The position numbers were made by a program, and so were the translations under genes. Shown here in pieces: positions 27,244 to 37,727 of a DNA stretch of 64,000 nucleotides. Source of the stretch: Deltaproteobacteria bacterium (lineage in GTDB: Bacteria; Desulfobacterota; JADFVX01); contig JAOUBX010000001.1 in the NCBI GenBank assembly GCA_029860075.1, forward strand, positions 89,965 through 153,964. Reading direction: 5' to 3'. The number at the start of each line of letters is the position of its first letter. Position 1 is the first letter of the stretch. Below the pieces are notes generated by a model that saw only the letters and a list, made by a program, of their open reading frames with translations, was not told where the DNA came from and ran no database searches.

Positions 27244-28218
27244 TTGAAAAATGAACTGAAAAATTATTATGAGATTCTTGACCTCTCGCTGGATGCCGAT
27301 ATGAAAGCGCTTGAAAAAGCCTATAAAAAAGCGATGTCGATATATGGGCAGGATTCAGCCGCAATATATTCTCTTTATACGGAAAAAGAGAAGGAAATGA
27401 AGGTATCTAATATTAAAGAGGCATATCATACGCTTAAGGATCCCGAAGCACGGCGGCTTTATGATAGAAAACTTGATAACATGAGCGCAGCCCTTTCAGA
27501 GGATAGCAATTTGAAATCAGAACTTGCTGTAAGCGATGAGGTCGGTTTGCAGGATTGCCTTGTTTTGAAAAAGCCCCTTGCCGTTATGGAAGCCGGTGAT
27601 CCCCTGGCCGCAGAGCACTACCGCATTCTTTATACAAAGCTCGAGCAAATTCATATGAATAATAATGACAATGTCTTTGCCCTGACCAGCGCAATAAAGG
27701 GAGAAGGAAAGACAACGACATCGTTAAACCTCGCCTACATTATTAGTGAGGAATTCAGGAAAAAGGTAATTCTTCTGGAGACGGATTTAAGGAAGAATTC
27801 TATTGCTGAAAATTATCTTCAGCCTTTTAGGGGCAGCGGATTGGTTGATGTTCTCAGCGGGAGGGCCGATCTTGATGAGGCAATCTACCCTTTGAGTGAT
27901 AGTAACCTTTATGTTCTTCCTTCGGGAATGAGTGTAAGAAATTCAACGGAACTTCTGGCCTCTCCCAAAATGCCTCAAATCATTGAAATACTAAAGTCTG
28001 AATTCGATTATGTCATTATTGATTGCCCACCGGTGCTGCCTTTGGCTGATATGAATGTTTTATCAAAAATGGTAGATGATGTTTTGCTTGTTGTTCAGGC
28101 GGGGAAGACCCACAAAGATCTCGTTGCGCAGGCAATTAAAGCGCTTTCACGGGGGAAAGTAGCAGGATTTATTTTAAATGGAACAGAGAAGTCGGCTAAA
28201 AATTATTATTACTATTAA
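27244..28218 (+). CDS. BY-kinase-like (CpsD/EpsG-type) P-loop ATPase with an N-terminal degenerate J-like domain. TTG start.
   Basis: C-terminal FALTSAIKGEGKTTTSLNLAYII ... IIDCPPVLPLADMNV matches the tyrosine autokinase ATPase fold. The N-terminus NYYEILDLSLDADMKALEKAYKKAMSIYGQD...RRLYDRKLD mirrors a J domain but has YGQD in place of HPD. Confidence 0.7.
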   Translation: MKNELKNYYEILDLSLDADMKALEKAYKKAMSIYGQDSAAIYSLYTEKEKEMKVSNIKEAYHTLKDPEARRLYDRKLDNMSAALSEDSNLKSELAVSDEVGLQDCLVLKKPLAVMEAGDPLAAEHYRILYTKLEQIHMNNNDNVFALTSAIKGEGKTTTSLNLAYIISEEFRKKVILLETDLRKNSIAENYLQPFRGSGLVDVLSGRADLDEAIYPLSDSNLYVLPSGMSVRNSTELLASPKMPQIIEILKSEFDYVIIDCPPVLPLADMNVLSKMVDDVLLVVQAGKTHKDLVAQAIKALSRGKVAGFILNGTEKSAKNYYYY

Positions 28219-28249
28219 GTATTTAATGTGGCTGCGGAGGTAAGGTGAT

Positions 28250-29644
28250 ATGTATTTCTTTTTTAATCGATATTTTCCGATAAAGCAACTTTACCTGTGG
28301 ATTTCAGAACTGATCATTATTTTTATGGCGCTGATCGCACTTGGCCATATTATCTCATTTGTTGTCGGATCGGCTATTCTTCATTATGATCCTTTTGTCA
28401 TAAAAATAATTCTTATGGTCGTTGTTTATATGGTTTCACTCTACTATTTTGATATTTATTCACCCGAGTTATACCGTCCGAGCCAGCAAATGCTTGTCAA
28501 GTTAGCCCAGGCCCTTGGCGTGGCAACGCTTGTGCTGATGGGCATTTATTATGTTTCGCCTCAAATCAGTGTGTGGAAGGGGATGCTGATTGTTAATGCG
28601 CTTGTGCTGCCCCTTCTTATCACGTCATGGCGTTCTCTTTTCACTCATGTAACCCACTTTCAGATGCCCAGAGAAAAAGTTCTCCTTATCGGCACAGGCG
28701 ACCTTGCCCAAAAGATTGGAAGCAAAATATACACCGAACCTCATCATGGACTGCATTTAGCGGGATTTATCGATGATAATCCCCATCAGGCAGACCAGGG
28801 AAATGTGAATCCCGGAATCGTCGGTGGTTATGGTGATATCGCCAGGGTTGTCAGGGAGAAAGAGGTGAGGCGGATAATCGTCGCCTTGGCCGACCGGCGG
28901 GCGAAACTTCCCATGTCGGCCCTCCTCGATTGTAAGCTAAAGGGCGTAACCATCGAGGAAGGTGAGACATTTAACGAACGGCTGGAGGGAAAAGTTCCTC
29001 TCGATCAGCTGAAACCGAGCTGGATGGTTTTTTCTGACGGCTTTAAATCGTTGAGGTCAAGGAAAATTCTGAAGCGTATCCTCGATATTTTTCTTTCAGC
29101 GCTTTTGCTGATTCCTGCGGCCCCCTTATTATTGATTACACCCCTCTTGATAAAACTCGAATCAAAGGGGCCTGCTATATTTAAACAAAAACGTGTCGGT
29201 GAAAACGGCAGGGAATTCGACATTTATAAATTTCGTTCCATGCGAACCGATGCAGAAGACAGTACGGGGCCTGTCTGGGCAAGGGAGAAAGATAACAGGA
29301 TAACCAAAATAGGCGCTTTTATAAGGAAGGTCAGAATTGATGAACTTCCTCAAATATTTAACGTCATCAAAGGAGATATGAGCTTTGTCGGGCCAAGGCC
29401 GGAACGGCAGTTTTTTGTCGATCAGCTGAAAAGAGAGATTCCCTATTTTGAAATGAGAACGGTCGTCAAACCGGGACTTACGGGCTGGACCCAGGTTAAA
29501 TACCCTTATGGCGCAACCATTGATGACGCCAGGGAAAAGCTTCAGTATGACATTTATTATATAAAAAATATGTCTCCTGTCCTTGATTTCATCATTTTCT
29601 TTATGACCATCAAGGTCGTTCTTTTCGGCAAAGGGGCCAGGTAG
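28250..29644 (+). CDS. Undecaprenyl-phosphate sugar phosphotransferase (EpsB/WbaP-type priming glycosyltransferase).
   Basis: Five TM helices, then ILDIFLSALLLIPAAPLL...KQKRVGENGREFDIYKFRSM...ITKIGAFIRKVRIDELPQIFNVIKGDMSFVGPRP, the hallmark of the bacterial sugar transferase family. Confidence 0.9.
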   Translation: MYFFFNRYFPIKQLYLWISELIIIFMALIALGHIISFVVGSAILHYDPFVIKIILMVVVYMVSLYYFDIYSPELYRPSQQMLVKLAQALGVATLVLMGIYYVSPQISVWKGMLIVNALVLPLLITSWRSLFTHVTHFQMPREKVLLIGTGDLAQKIGSKIYTEPHHGLHLAGFIDDNPHQADQGNVNPGIVGGYGDIARVVREKEVRRIIVALADRRAKLPMSALLDCKLKGVTIEEGETFNERLEGKVPLDQLKPSWMVFSDGFKSLRSRKILKRILDIFLSALLLIPAAPLLLITPLLIKLESKGPAIFKQKRVGENGREFDIYKFRSMRTDAEDSTGPVWAREKDNRITKIGAFIRKVRIDELPQIFNVIKGDMSFVGPRPERQFFVDQLKREIPYFEMRTVVKPGLTGWTQVKYPYGATIDDAREKLQYDIYYIKNMSPVLDFIIFFMTIKVVLFGKGAR

Positions 29645-29721
29645 GAAGAAGAGCAAATCCGGGGATAATTCATAGCGCTTCATCATTGAAAGAACACTTC
29701 AGCAGGGATTCAAATTAAATT

Positions 29722-31683
29722 ATGTGTGGTATTGCGGGAATCATAAATTTAGCCGATCATCAAAAAATTGATGAGGCGGAAATAGAGCGCATGATCGCTG
29801 TGCAGAAGCACAGGGGGCCTGACGAGTTCGGCATGCTCATCGATGGAAACGCCGGTTTTGGCCATGCGCGGCTCAGCATTATCGATCTTTCATCGGGGAG
29901 CCAGCCTATGTCCAATGAAGAGGGTTCTCTCTGGATCGTATTTAATGGGGAAATCTTTAATTATATAGAACTGAAAGAAGAGCTGGTAAAGAAGGGACAT
30001 CAATTCAGGACCACTTCCGATACGGAAGTCATTATCCACCTTTTTGAAGAGCATGGTCTTGATTGCCTTCAATATTTAAACGGTCAGTTTGCCTTTGCTA
30101 TCTGGGATAATAAAAAGAAGGAACTCCTTCTTGCCAGAGACAGGGTGGGAATTTCACCGCTTTATTATGCCGGGAAGAATAAGCGCTTTTATTTTGCCTC
30201 GGAAATAAAATCTATCTTCGCCACAGGCGCCGTTGAAAGAGAAATTGATCCCCTTGCCCTGGATGAGCTCTTTACCCTCTGGCATACGGTAGCGCCGAGG
30301 ACGGCATTCAAAGGGATTTTTGAGCTTCAGCCGGGCCACTTTATGACTGTTAAAGGAGGGGAAATTTCAGTCAAAAAATACTGGGACCTCTCCTTTTCTG
30401 AAAAAGATACCGTCATTTCCGAAGAAGAAGCTTCCCGGGAATTAAAAAGACTGCTTGTCGATGCTACCCGGTTAAGACTGAGAGCTGATGTTCCCGTTGG
30501 CGCTTATCTTAGCGGCGGCCTTGATTCATCGGTAACGACGGCCTTGATACGTCATTATACGAATTCCCCGCTGGAAACTTTTTCCGTTGCCTTTGAAGAC
30601 AAGGCCTTCGATGAAAGCCGTTATCAGCAGGAAATGGCAAAGGCGCTGGCGACGACGCACCATGAAATCAAGTGCTCATATAAAGATATTGGCGATAATT
30701 TTCCCGATCTTGTCTGGCATACGGAAAAGCCTCTTTTCAGGACGGCGCCGACGCCGCTTTTTTTGCTTTCAAAACTGGTCCGGTCCAATCATTTCAAAGT
30801 CGTTTTAACGGGTGAAGGCGCCGATGAAGTGCTTGGCGGATACGATATATTTAAAGAAGTAAAGATCAGGGAGTTTTGCGCAAAAAACAGGAACTCAAAC
30901 TTCAGGCCATCGCTTCTGAAAAAACTATATCCCTATCTCCCTGCTTTTCAGAGCCAGTCTCATGCCTATATGAATGCTTTTTTTAATGACAAACTGCTCG
31001 ATGTGAATGACAGTCTTTTTTCGCACAGGCCGCGCTGGCAGACGACTTCAAAAATAAAAACTTTTTATTCACAGAATTTTAAGAATGAAATCGGCCTTTC
31101 TTCCCCGGAAATTACCTTCGGCGATACGCTTGATCCCTCTTTTTCCCGATGGAAACCTTTTGAAAGGGCCCAGTATCTTGAAAGCAAGGGCCTGCTGCCG
31201 GGCTACCTCCTTTCATCGCAGGGAGACCGGGTTCTCATGGCCCATTCCATTGAGGGGCGATTTCCATTTCTTGATCACCGTGTAATGGAATTTGCTTCCA
31301 AACTGCCCTATACTTATAAAATGAAAGTGTTAAATGAAAAATACCTTTTGAAAAAAGCGATGAAAAAGTATTTGCCCAAAGAAATTACAAAAAGAACGAA
31401 ACAGCCTTATATGGCGCCTGACAGCAAAAGTTTTTTCAGTAAGGGCGCCCCCGATTATGTTTCATCGCTTTTATCGGAAGAATCCATAGACAAGTATGGG
31501 TATTTCAATTCAAAACCTGTGAACTTGCTCGTCAGGAAATGTAAAAAAGGGGCTGTCACGGGATTCAGGGATAATATGGCCCTTGTGGGCATTTTATCGA
31601 CCCAGCTTCTTCATGAACGTTTTATTGAAAATTTCAGAATCGATTGGGAACCCCTTGCCAATGTCCGGAAAATTACTATTTAA
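29722..31683 (+). CDS. Asparagine synthetase (glutamine-hydrolysing) family amidotransferase, exosortase-associated type.
   Basis: N-terminal MCGIAGI Ntn-hydrolase start and the SGGLDSS PP-loop motif. About 650 aa. Confidence 0.9.
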   Translation: MCGIAGIINLADHQKIDEAEIERMIAVQKHRGPDEFGMLIDGNAGFGHARLSIIDLSSGSQPMSNEEGSLWIVFNGEIFNYIELKEELVKKGHQFRTTSDTEVIIHLFEEHGLDCLQYLNGQFAFAIWDNKKKELLLARDRVGISPLYYAGKNKRFYFASEIKSIFATGAVEREIDPLALDELFTLWHTVAPRTAFKGIFELQPGHFMTVKGGEISVKKYWDLSFSEKDTVISEEEASRELKRLLVDATRLRLRADVPVGAYLSGGLDSSVTTALIRHYTNSPLETFSVAFEDKAFDESRYQQEMAKALATTHHEIKCSYKDIGDNFPDLVWHTEKPLFRTAPTPLFLLSKLVRSNHFKVVLTGEGADEVLGGYDIFKEVKIREFCAKNRNSNFRPSLLKKLYPYLPAFQSQSHAYMNAFFNDKLLDVNDSLFSHRPRWQTTSKIKTFYSQNFKNEIGLSSPEITFGDTLDPSFSRWKPFERAQYLESKGLLPGYLLSSQGDRVLMAHSIEGRFPFLDHRVMEFASKLPYTYKMKVLNEKYLLKKAMKKYLPKEITKRTKQPYMAPDSKSFFSKGAPDYVSSLLSEESIDKYGYFNSKPVNLLVRKCKKGAVTGFRDNMALVGILSTQLLHERFIENFRIDWEPLANVRKITI

Positions 31684-31724
31684 AAATGACATTGCATTGA
31701 AAGTTGAAAAATATGGGAGGAAAT

Positions 31725-31970
31725 ATGCTGCACAATCAAATCAGAGCATTTATTTTTGAAAATTTTATCTTCGAGGAAGACAGTGAAGATATGTTGAAAA
31801 ACGATGACTCCTTTCTCGAAAAAGGAATCATCGATTCGACGGGAATTTTGGAAGTTGTCATGTGGATGGAAGATACCTTTGGTGTTCACACCGATGATAC
31901 GGAACTGATTCCGGAAAACCTGGATAGTGTAAATAACCTGGCCGGCTTTATTGAAAGGAAAAAATCCTGA
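31725..31970 (+). CDS. Acyl carrier protein-like.
   Basis: GIIDSTGILEVVMWMEDTFGV contains the DSxG phosphopantetheine attachment motif. Small acidic protein immediately upstream of an AMP-ligase. Confidence 0.65.
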   Translation: MLHNQIRAFIFENFIFEEDSEDMLKNDDSFLEKGIIDSTGILEVVMWMEDTFGVHTDDTELIPENLDSVNNLAGFIERKKS

Positions 31971-32050
31971 TTGAGTCTTTACGCTTAAATTGCCCGGTTT
32001 TTGATGAAAAGGGACCGATAAAAAGCTTAAAGCTAACTATCTAATGGGTG

Positions 32051-33592
32051 ATGCTTATGTTAATCCAGGACTATTTAATAAAGGCCGTTTCAAACTATCC
32101 TGAAAAGGAAGTGATCATTGCCGGTAAAAAACGGCTCACCTATAATGAGCTGTTAAGGGATTCAGGAAAGATTGCAGCCTGGCTTATGAGGCGGGGACTG
32201 AAAGCCGGAGACCGGGCAGGCATATTGATGGATGAACCCATGGAATATGTTAAATCCTACTTTGGAATTTTGCTTGCCGGTGGCGTCGTTGTTGCCATGA
32301 ATTCTCAAACAACGGTGAGAAGTCTCACCTATCAGGCCAATAACTGCGAAATATCCTTTCTTCTCAGCCAGCTAAAGTTTGTTAAATACGTAAAAGAACT
32401 GTCAGGGCAGGTTGATTCTCTAAAAAATGTTCTTATCAGCAGTTCAGGCGATGAAGAAGTGCCTGAAAAGCTGTCCTTTGATCTGGAAAACCTGGAAGAC
32501 CTGTTGCAACGTTTTTTCCCGGAGCCGCCTTCCTTTCCCGCTGTCGACGCTGATGGCCTTGCCCAGATTATCTATACGTCAGGCACGACGGGAGAACCTA
32601 ACGGTGTCATGCTGAGGCACAGAAATCTCATTGCCAATACGAATTCCATTGTTAAGTACCTTGAGCTGACGGAAGCAGACAGGGTAATGGCTGTTTTGCC
32701 TTTCTTTTATTCCTATGGCAATTCGCTTTTGCTGACTCACATTGCAGTGGGCGGGTCTATTGTCGTTAACCAGCACTTTTTATATCCCAATGTCATTCTC
32801 GATGAAATGGCGGCAGAAAAGGTAACGGGATTTTCCGGCGTTCCCTCTACCTTCGCCATCTTGCTTAACCGTTCCTCTATCAGGGAGTATCAATTTCCTT
32901 CACTCAGGTATGTTACCCAGGCAGGGGGCGCCATGTCGCCAAAGCTTGCAAGGGAAATCAGCAACATATTGCCTGAAACCGATGTTTATATCATGTACGG
33001 CCAGACAGAAGCTTCGGCCCGCCTGTCCTACCTTGAGCCTGAAAAGCTTATTTCAAAGGCAGGCTCCATAGGCAAGGCTATTCCCGGCGTTACACTGAAC
33101 CTGCTCGATGCTGAAGGTAATCCTGTTCCTGCCGGGGAGGTCGGTGAAATTGTTGCAGAGGGCGAAAATATTATGGCCGGATACTGGGAAAACCCTGAAA
33201 GGACAGCCCGGGTTCTTAAAAAAGAAGGCCTCTGGACGGGAGATCTGGCTAAAAAAGATGAAGAGGGTTACTTTTACATTGTCAGCAGAAAAAGCGAGAT
33301 GATCAAAAGCGGCGCCCATCGGATCAGTCCGAAAGAGATTGAAGAGGTCATTCATGAGCATGCTTCCGTACATGAAGTTGCCGTTATCGGCATTAAAGAT
33401 GAAACGCTCGGTGAAAAAATCAAGGCTTGCATCGTGCTTAAAGAAGGCTTTGATTTAAAGAAAATGGAGATAATGAGGCACTGCAAGCAGTCGCTTCCAC
33501 CCTTCAAAATCCCGCATGACGTTGAATTCATGGCGGAACTGCCAAAAACAACGAGCGGGAAGATAAGAAAAAAAGAGCTTCTTTCCGCTTGA
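32051..33592 (+). CDS. AMP-dependent synthetase/ligase (acyl-CoA or acyl-ACP ligase, exosortase-associated type).
   Basis: YTSGTTGEPNGVML AMP-binding motif, GYGQTE-like YGQTEAS motif, and a C-terminal TSGKIRKKEL lysine motif. Confidence 0.9.
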   Translation: MLMLIQDYLIKAVSNYPEKEVIIAGKKRLTYNELLRDSGKIAAWLMRRGLKAGDRAGILMDEPMEYVKSYFGILLAGGVVVAMNSQTTVRSLTYQANNCEISFLLSQLKFVKYVKELSGQVDSLKNVLISSSGDEEVPEKLSFDLENLEDLLQRFFPEPPSFPAVDADGLAQIIYTSGTTGEPNGVMLRHRNLIANTNSIVKYLELTEADRVMAVLPFFYSYGNSLLLTHIAVGGSIVVNQHFLYPNVILDEMAAEKVTGFSGVPSTFAILLNRSSIREYQFPSLRYVTQAGGAMSPKLAREISNILPETDVYIMYGQTEASARLSYLEPEKLISKAGSIGKAIPGVTLNLLDAEGNPVPAGEVGEIVAEGENIMAGYWENPERTARVLKKEGLWTGDLAKKDEEGYFYIVSRKSEMIKSGAHRISPKEIEEVIHEHASVHEVAVIGIKDETLGEKIKACIVLKEGFDLKKMEIMRHCKQSLPPFKIPHDVEFMAELPKTTSGKIRKKELLSA

Positions 33593-33668
33593 AAAAGCAG
33601 AACGGCAGTTACTGATTTTTTAACATTTTTTACCTTAATTCCAAGGCCAGAGATAAAGGAGTCTATTC

Positions 33669-34661
33669 ATGAAACGCTGCACAAATTGTGTTCTTCCTTC
33701 CACATTCCCCGGAATATCATTTAATGATGAGGGTCTTTGCAATCATTGCCGGAATTATCGCGGCCATGCGGCAAACGATGCAATGAAGCTTAAGTATGAA
33801 AATAAATTTCTCGATCTTTTGAAAGAAAAAAGCAAAGAATCCCATTATGACCTGCTCATGGCTTACAGCGGCGGCAAGGACAGTACTTATACGCTGGAAG
33901 TTTTTGTTAATCGCTATAAGCTGAAGGTCCTTGCCCTTACTTTCGACAATACCTTTATTTCGGACCAGGCCTTTATCAATATGCGGAAAGTCTGCGGCAA
34001 TCTCGGCGTCGATCACATGGTCATAAGACCCAGCCGGAAGATGCTGAGAAATATATTCGGCAGAGCTGCCAGAGAGGAGCTTTACCCGGCAAAAACGCTT
34101 GAACGGGCGAGCACCATATGCACTAGCTGTATAGGGCTTGTAAAAGCGGTCATACTAAGAACGGCCATTGAAAAGGAAATCCCTTTTGTCGGTTACGGGT
34201 GGTCGCCCGGCCAGGCGCCTGTTCAGTCATCGGTTATGAAAGCGAATCCCGGTTTAATGAAAATAACGCAAAAGGCCATCTATGAACCGCTTCTAAAGAT
34301 AGCCGGTGAGGGAATTAATCCCTATTTCCTGACGGAAGCGCATTATTCTCAGCCCGAAAAGTTTCCCCATAATATTCACCCCCTTGCATTTTTAGAATAT
34401 AAGGAAGAAAAAATATTCAGGAGACTGGGGGAGCTTGGTTGGGAAAAACCTTCCGATACGGACGCAAACTCAAGTAACTGTACGGTAAATGCCCTTGCCA
34501 ACGAGATCCACAAGGACCGTTACGGATTTCACCCCTACGTTTGGGAAATCGCCAATATGGTCAGGTCGGGCGCAATGACGAGAGACGAGGGGCTTGAAAA
34601 AATTGAAACCCCGGAAGATAAAGATATGGTTCGGTTTGCCGAAAAAGAACTTGAACTTTAA
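33669..34661 (+). CDS. N-acetyl sugar amidotransferase (PP-loop ATPase, WbuX/LPS-associated family).
   Basis: N-terminal Cys cluster CTNCVLPSTFPGISFNDEGLCNHC and the PP-loop SGGKDS. Fits the PP-loop sugar amidotransferase family. Confidence 0.8.
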   Translation: MKRCTNCVLPSTFPGISFNDEGLCNHCRNYRGHAANDAMKLKYENKFLDLLKEKSKESHYDLLMAYSGGKDSTYTLEVFVNRYKLKVLALTFDNTFISDQAFINMRKVCGNLGVDHMVIRPSRKMLRNIFGRAAREELYPAKTLERASTICTSCIGLVKAVILRTAIEKEIPFVGYGWSPGQAPVQSSVMKANPGLMKITQKAIYEPLLKIAGEGINPYFLTEAHYSQPEKFPHNIHPLAFLEYKEEKIFRRLGELGWEKPSDTDANSSNCTVNALANEIHKDRYGFHPYVWEIANMVRSGAMTRDEGLEKIETPEDKDMVRFAEKELEL

Positions 34662-34672
34662 GGGGTAACTTT

Positions 34673-35530
34673 TTGAGCGCTCAAGGAGAAGAAAAAAAAA
34701 TATTTATTACCGTCGATCTTGAAGACTGGTTTCAGGTTGAAAATTTTAAGGCTTATATTCATCACCATGAATGGGACAATTGTGAAAAACGATATGAAAA
34801 AAGCACCTCCCTGCTTTTGGAGCTTTTTGATAAATTTAAAATAAAGGCTACTTTTTTCATCCTGGGCTGGAATGCCGAAAGAAGTCCCCATCTTGTCAGA
34901 GAAATCAGTAAGAGGGGTCATGAGATCGCTTCTCACGGCTATGGTCATGAACTCTGTTCTTCTCTCGATGAAGAGGCGCTTTACGATGATTTGAAGAGAA
35001 GTAAGGAAATGCTTCAGGATATTACAGGTGTTGAGGTGCTTGGTTACCGGGCGCCCAGCTTTTCAGTTGATGACAGAGTGATAAGCCTGTTAAAAAAACT
35101 GGGCTATCGCTATGATTCGAGCTTAAATAGTCTGGGCCTTAACTCAAGGCACGGAAAAATCGATTTACAGTCCTATAAAAAACGGGGTCTTGCATACCTT
35201 GATGAAGAGGGTTTTGCTGAACTGCCTGTGAGCAACTGGCCTTTTATGGGGATGAATCTTCCCTGGGGAGGGGGAGGGTATTTCAGGTTCTGGCCTTCAT
35301 TTTTATTTTATGAGGGAGTAAAGCGCATTTTGAGGAAGGAAGAGGGATACAACTTTTATTTGCATCCCTGGGAAGTCGATCCCGGCCAGCCCAGAGTGAA
35401 TGACGCGGATCTCTTGTTTAAGTTCCGCCATTACCTGAACCTGGACGCCTGCTTCAATAAGCTGGAGCGATTTATTAAAAAGTTCAGGAATCATCACTTT
35501 ATTAGCTGTGCCGATTATTTAGAGAAATAA
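34673..35530 (+). CDS. Polysaccharide deacetylase family protein, XrtA/PEP-CTERM-locus subtype. TTG start.
   Basis: IFITVDLEDWFQVENF N-terminus and HGYGHE motifs are characteristic of the exosortase-associated deacetylase subfamily. Confidence 0.8.
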   Translation: MSAQGEEKKIFITVDLEDWFQVENFKAYIHHHEWDNCEKRYEKSTSLLLELFDKFKIKATFFILGWNAERSPHLVREISKRGHEIASHGYGHELCSSLDEEALYDDLKRSKEMLQDITGVEVLGYRAPSFSVDDRVISLLKKLGYRYDSSLNSLGLNSRHGKIDLQSYKKRGLAYLDEEGFAELPVSNWPFMGMNLPWGGGGYFRFWPSFLFYEGVKRILRKEEGYNFYLHPWEVDPGQPRVNDADLLFKFRHYLNLDACFNKLERFIKKFRNHHFISCADYLEK

Positions 35531-35552
35531 TTTTTTTAAAGAAAATTAATTA

Positions 35553-36467
35553 ATGACTGCACGCGGTAATGGTGGAAAAAAGGAGGTCCGGGAGAAGCTC
35601 GAGGCCTCAATAAGTGAATTAAATGATAAGCCTGGACATATTGAAGGGTCTTTACTTTTCGAAAATGTCATGAGGGACTACCTTCAGTGTATTCACGGTT
35701 TCATTGCTACCGACAGGGACGGGCTTATAAATCTTGAAAAAAAAATCGATCAATCTGCGGGAATTGAGACAAGATTGATTTACCATCAGGCTTTGGTTTA
35801 TCAACTTTATCTCCGAAATATCGGGAATATAGGTAAACAGGCTTTGCCTGAAGGTGTTGCCGCCTATCTGGGCCAGGACTTTGACCGCATAGTTGAATTG
35901 GCGGACAAAGGGAATGCGGCCAGGCTCTCTTTCACAGATTACCCCTTTTTAAGTTATATAGAAAAACTCTGTTTTAAGAGTCTGCCCTTCGGCAATCACG
36001 ATGTTACCCTAAGCGGTGTGCCGAGAAAATTAATGTTCAAACAGTCCTTGAAAAATATGCTGAAAATGTCCTTTTCGCTTCTCTCTATGGGAGGGAATGA
36101 ACCCCTCTTTGAGCTTCACTACAATCCTCACCGGCTAAGGTTGTTTAATCCTGATGGATGGAAGGAGGTCTTTGCCCTGGCTGCTCAGACCTTAAAAACA
36201 CGAAAGGAAGTAAAGGGGCTTTTTGGCGCAACCTGGTTTTATGACCCTGCAATGAAAGAGGTTTCGCCGGAATTGTCTTATATACGCGAATTAATTGAGA
36301 AAATAGGGGGAGCGTTTTATTTGGCCGGTTCCAGTGAAGATGACAGGAAAAATGCTTTTTTTGCTTCCAAAGCCCGAAAAGAGGCTTATGAAGAGGGACG
36401 CTATATGCCGACCAGCTATATGATGATTATTAAAAGAGAGGCCTTGCTGCAATATTATGCCTCCTAA
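35553..36467 (+). CDS. Hypothetical protein of the EPS locus (304 aa).
   Basis: ORF with good coding bias. No recognisable motifs. Confidence 0.5.
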   Translation: MTARGNGGKKEVREKLEASISELNDKPGHIEGSLLFENVMRDYLQCIHGFIATDRDGLINLEKKIDQSAGIETRLIYHQALVYQLYLRNIGNIGKQALPEGVAAYLGQDFDRIVELADKGNAARLSFTDYPFLSYIEKLCFKSLPFGNHDVTLSGVPRKLMFKQSLKNMLKMSFSLLSMGGNEPLFELHYNPHRLRLFNPDGWKEVFALAAQTLKTRKEVKGLFGATWFYDPAMKEVSPELSYIRELIEKIGGAFYLAGSSEDDRKNAFFASKARKEAYEEGRYMPTSYMMIIKREALLQYYAS

Positions 36468-36683
36468 TTAGTGTCCATCCAGAAACTATAATAAATGAAA
36501 CTTTGTTTTCAATCCGGAAAGGAGGGGTTTTTTGCAAGGTCAAGGAAATCAAGGGTTTCGCCGAGTTGTACTACTGTACATCGCACAAGTAAAGCCGAAG
36601 ATTGACGCAGAGATTGCGAAAAAGCACCCTTTCCGGATGAAAACTGATTATTTTCGCCATTTACCGGAATCATGGATTGAATT

Positions 36684-37703
36684 ATGAATCTGCCCTTAAA
36701 AAGATTGCTTTATAAAATGATATCCGCTCTTGGATCTTCTTATATTCAAAAAAAAATCAGGAGTGATCTCACTATTGTCATGTATCACAGTGTTGTTGAA
36801 AAACTGCCTCAACTCTATGACTGGTGCTACGTCGATGCAGAATCTTTTCGCCGCCAGGTAAGCTATTTAAAAAATAATTTTGAAGTCATACCGCTTTCCC
36901 GGGTCCCCGGCAGATTAAGGTCAGGCAGAACCGGGCGCCCTCTTGCCGTGATAACCTTTGATGACGGTTACCAGAATAATTTTGATGTTGCCTTTCCCAT
37001 TCTCAGGGAAGAAGGCCTGCCTGCCACCATTTTTTTAACGACGGGCCTCATCAATACGGACGATACGCTCTGGGTATGCCGCCTCCATGAGGCCTTCAGC
37101 AATACGGAGGCAAGGGAAGTAAGATGGGAGGGAAAGATATTCCCCATAGGAGGGCAGGATGAAAAGGTTGAGCTCATTGCGCAAATGAAGAATAAATTCA
37201 AGACAATGCCTATTGCTGAAATACGCCCCCTGTTGAAGGCAGTTGTCCATCAATTAGGCTATGATTTAAGTCAACCCGTAGCGCATGACTCTCTCTACGG
37301 CATGCTTGATTTCCAATCGATAAATGTAATGCGCCGGTCAGGTCTCATTGATTTTGGCGCGCATACGATGGCCCATGAAATTCTGAGTTGCCTGCCGCCT
37401 GAAGAACAGGAAAAGGAAATAAAAGGCTCCCTTAACACCGTATCGGAAATTACAGGGAAAAAATGCACTCTCTTTGCCTACCCCAATGGCGCCGGAGAAG
37501 ATTATAACGACGAAACAATAGAGATTCTCCGTCAGTGCGGGATTGAAGTTTCCCTGACGACTATTGAAGAGATGATCGATGGTGATACGCCTTTGCTGGA
37601 GTTAAGAAGATATAGTATTGGCCCCGGTATGGATATGGGATATTTCAAGCTGCTCGTTATACATTTTATAACCTGGTTTAAAGGCTTGAAATTATCTCAT
37701 TAG
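36684..37703 (+). CDS. Polysaccharide deacetylase (CE4/NodB family).
   Basis: ITFDDGYQNNFDVAFPILREEGLPATIFLTTG and the downstream HTMAHE motifs are canonical CE4 motifs. Confidence 0.85.
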   Translation: MNLPLKRLLYKMISALGSSYIQKKIRSDLTIVMYHSVVEKLPQLYDWCYVDAESFRRQVSYLKNNFEVIPLSRVPGRLRSGRTGRPLAVITFDDGYQNNFDVAFPILREEGLPATIFLTTGLINTDDTLWVCRLHEAFSNTEAREVRWEGKIFPIGGQDEKVELIAQMKNKFKTMPIAEIRPLLKAVVHQLGYDLSQPVAHDSLYGMLDFQSINVMRRSGLIDFGAHTMAHEILSCLPPEEQEKEIKGSLNTVSEITGKKCTLFAYPNGAGEDYNDETIEILRQCGIEVSLTTIEEMIDGDTPLLELRRYSIGPGMDMGYFKLLVIHFITWFKGLKLSH

Positions 37704-37727
37704 AACAGGGCAGGGATTTCAAGGGAT

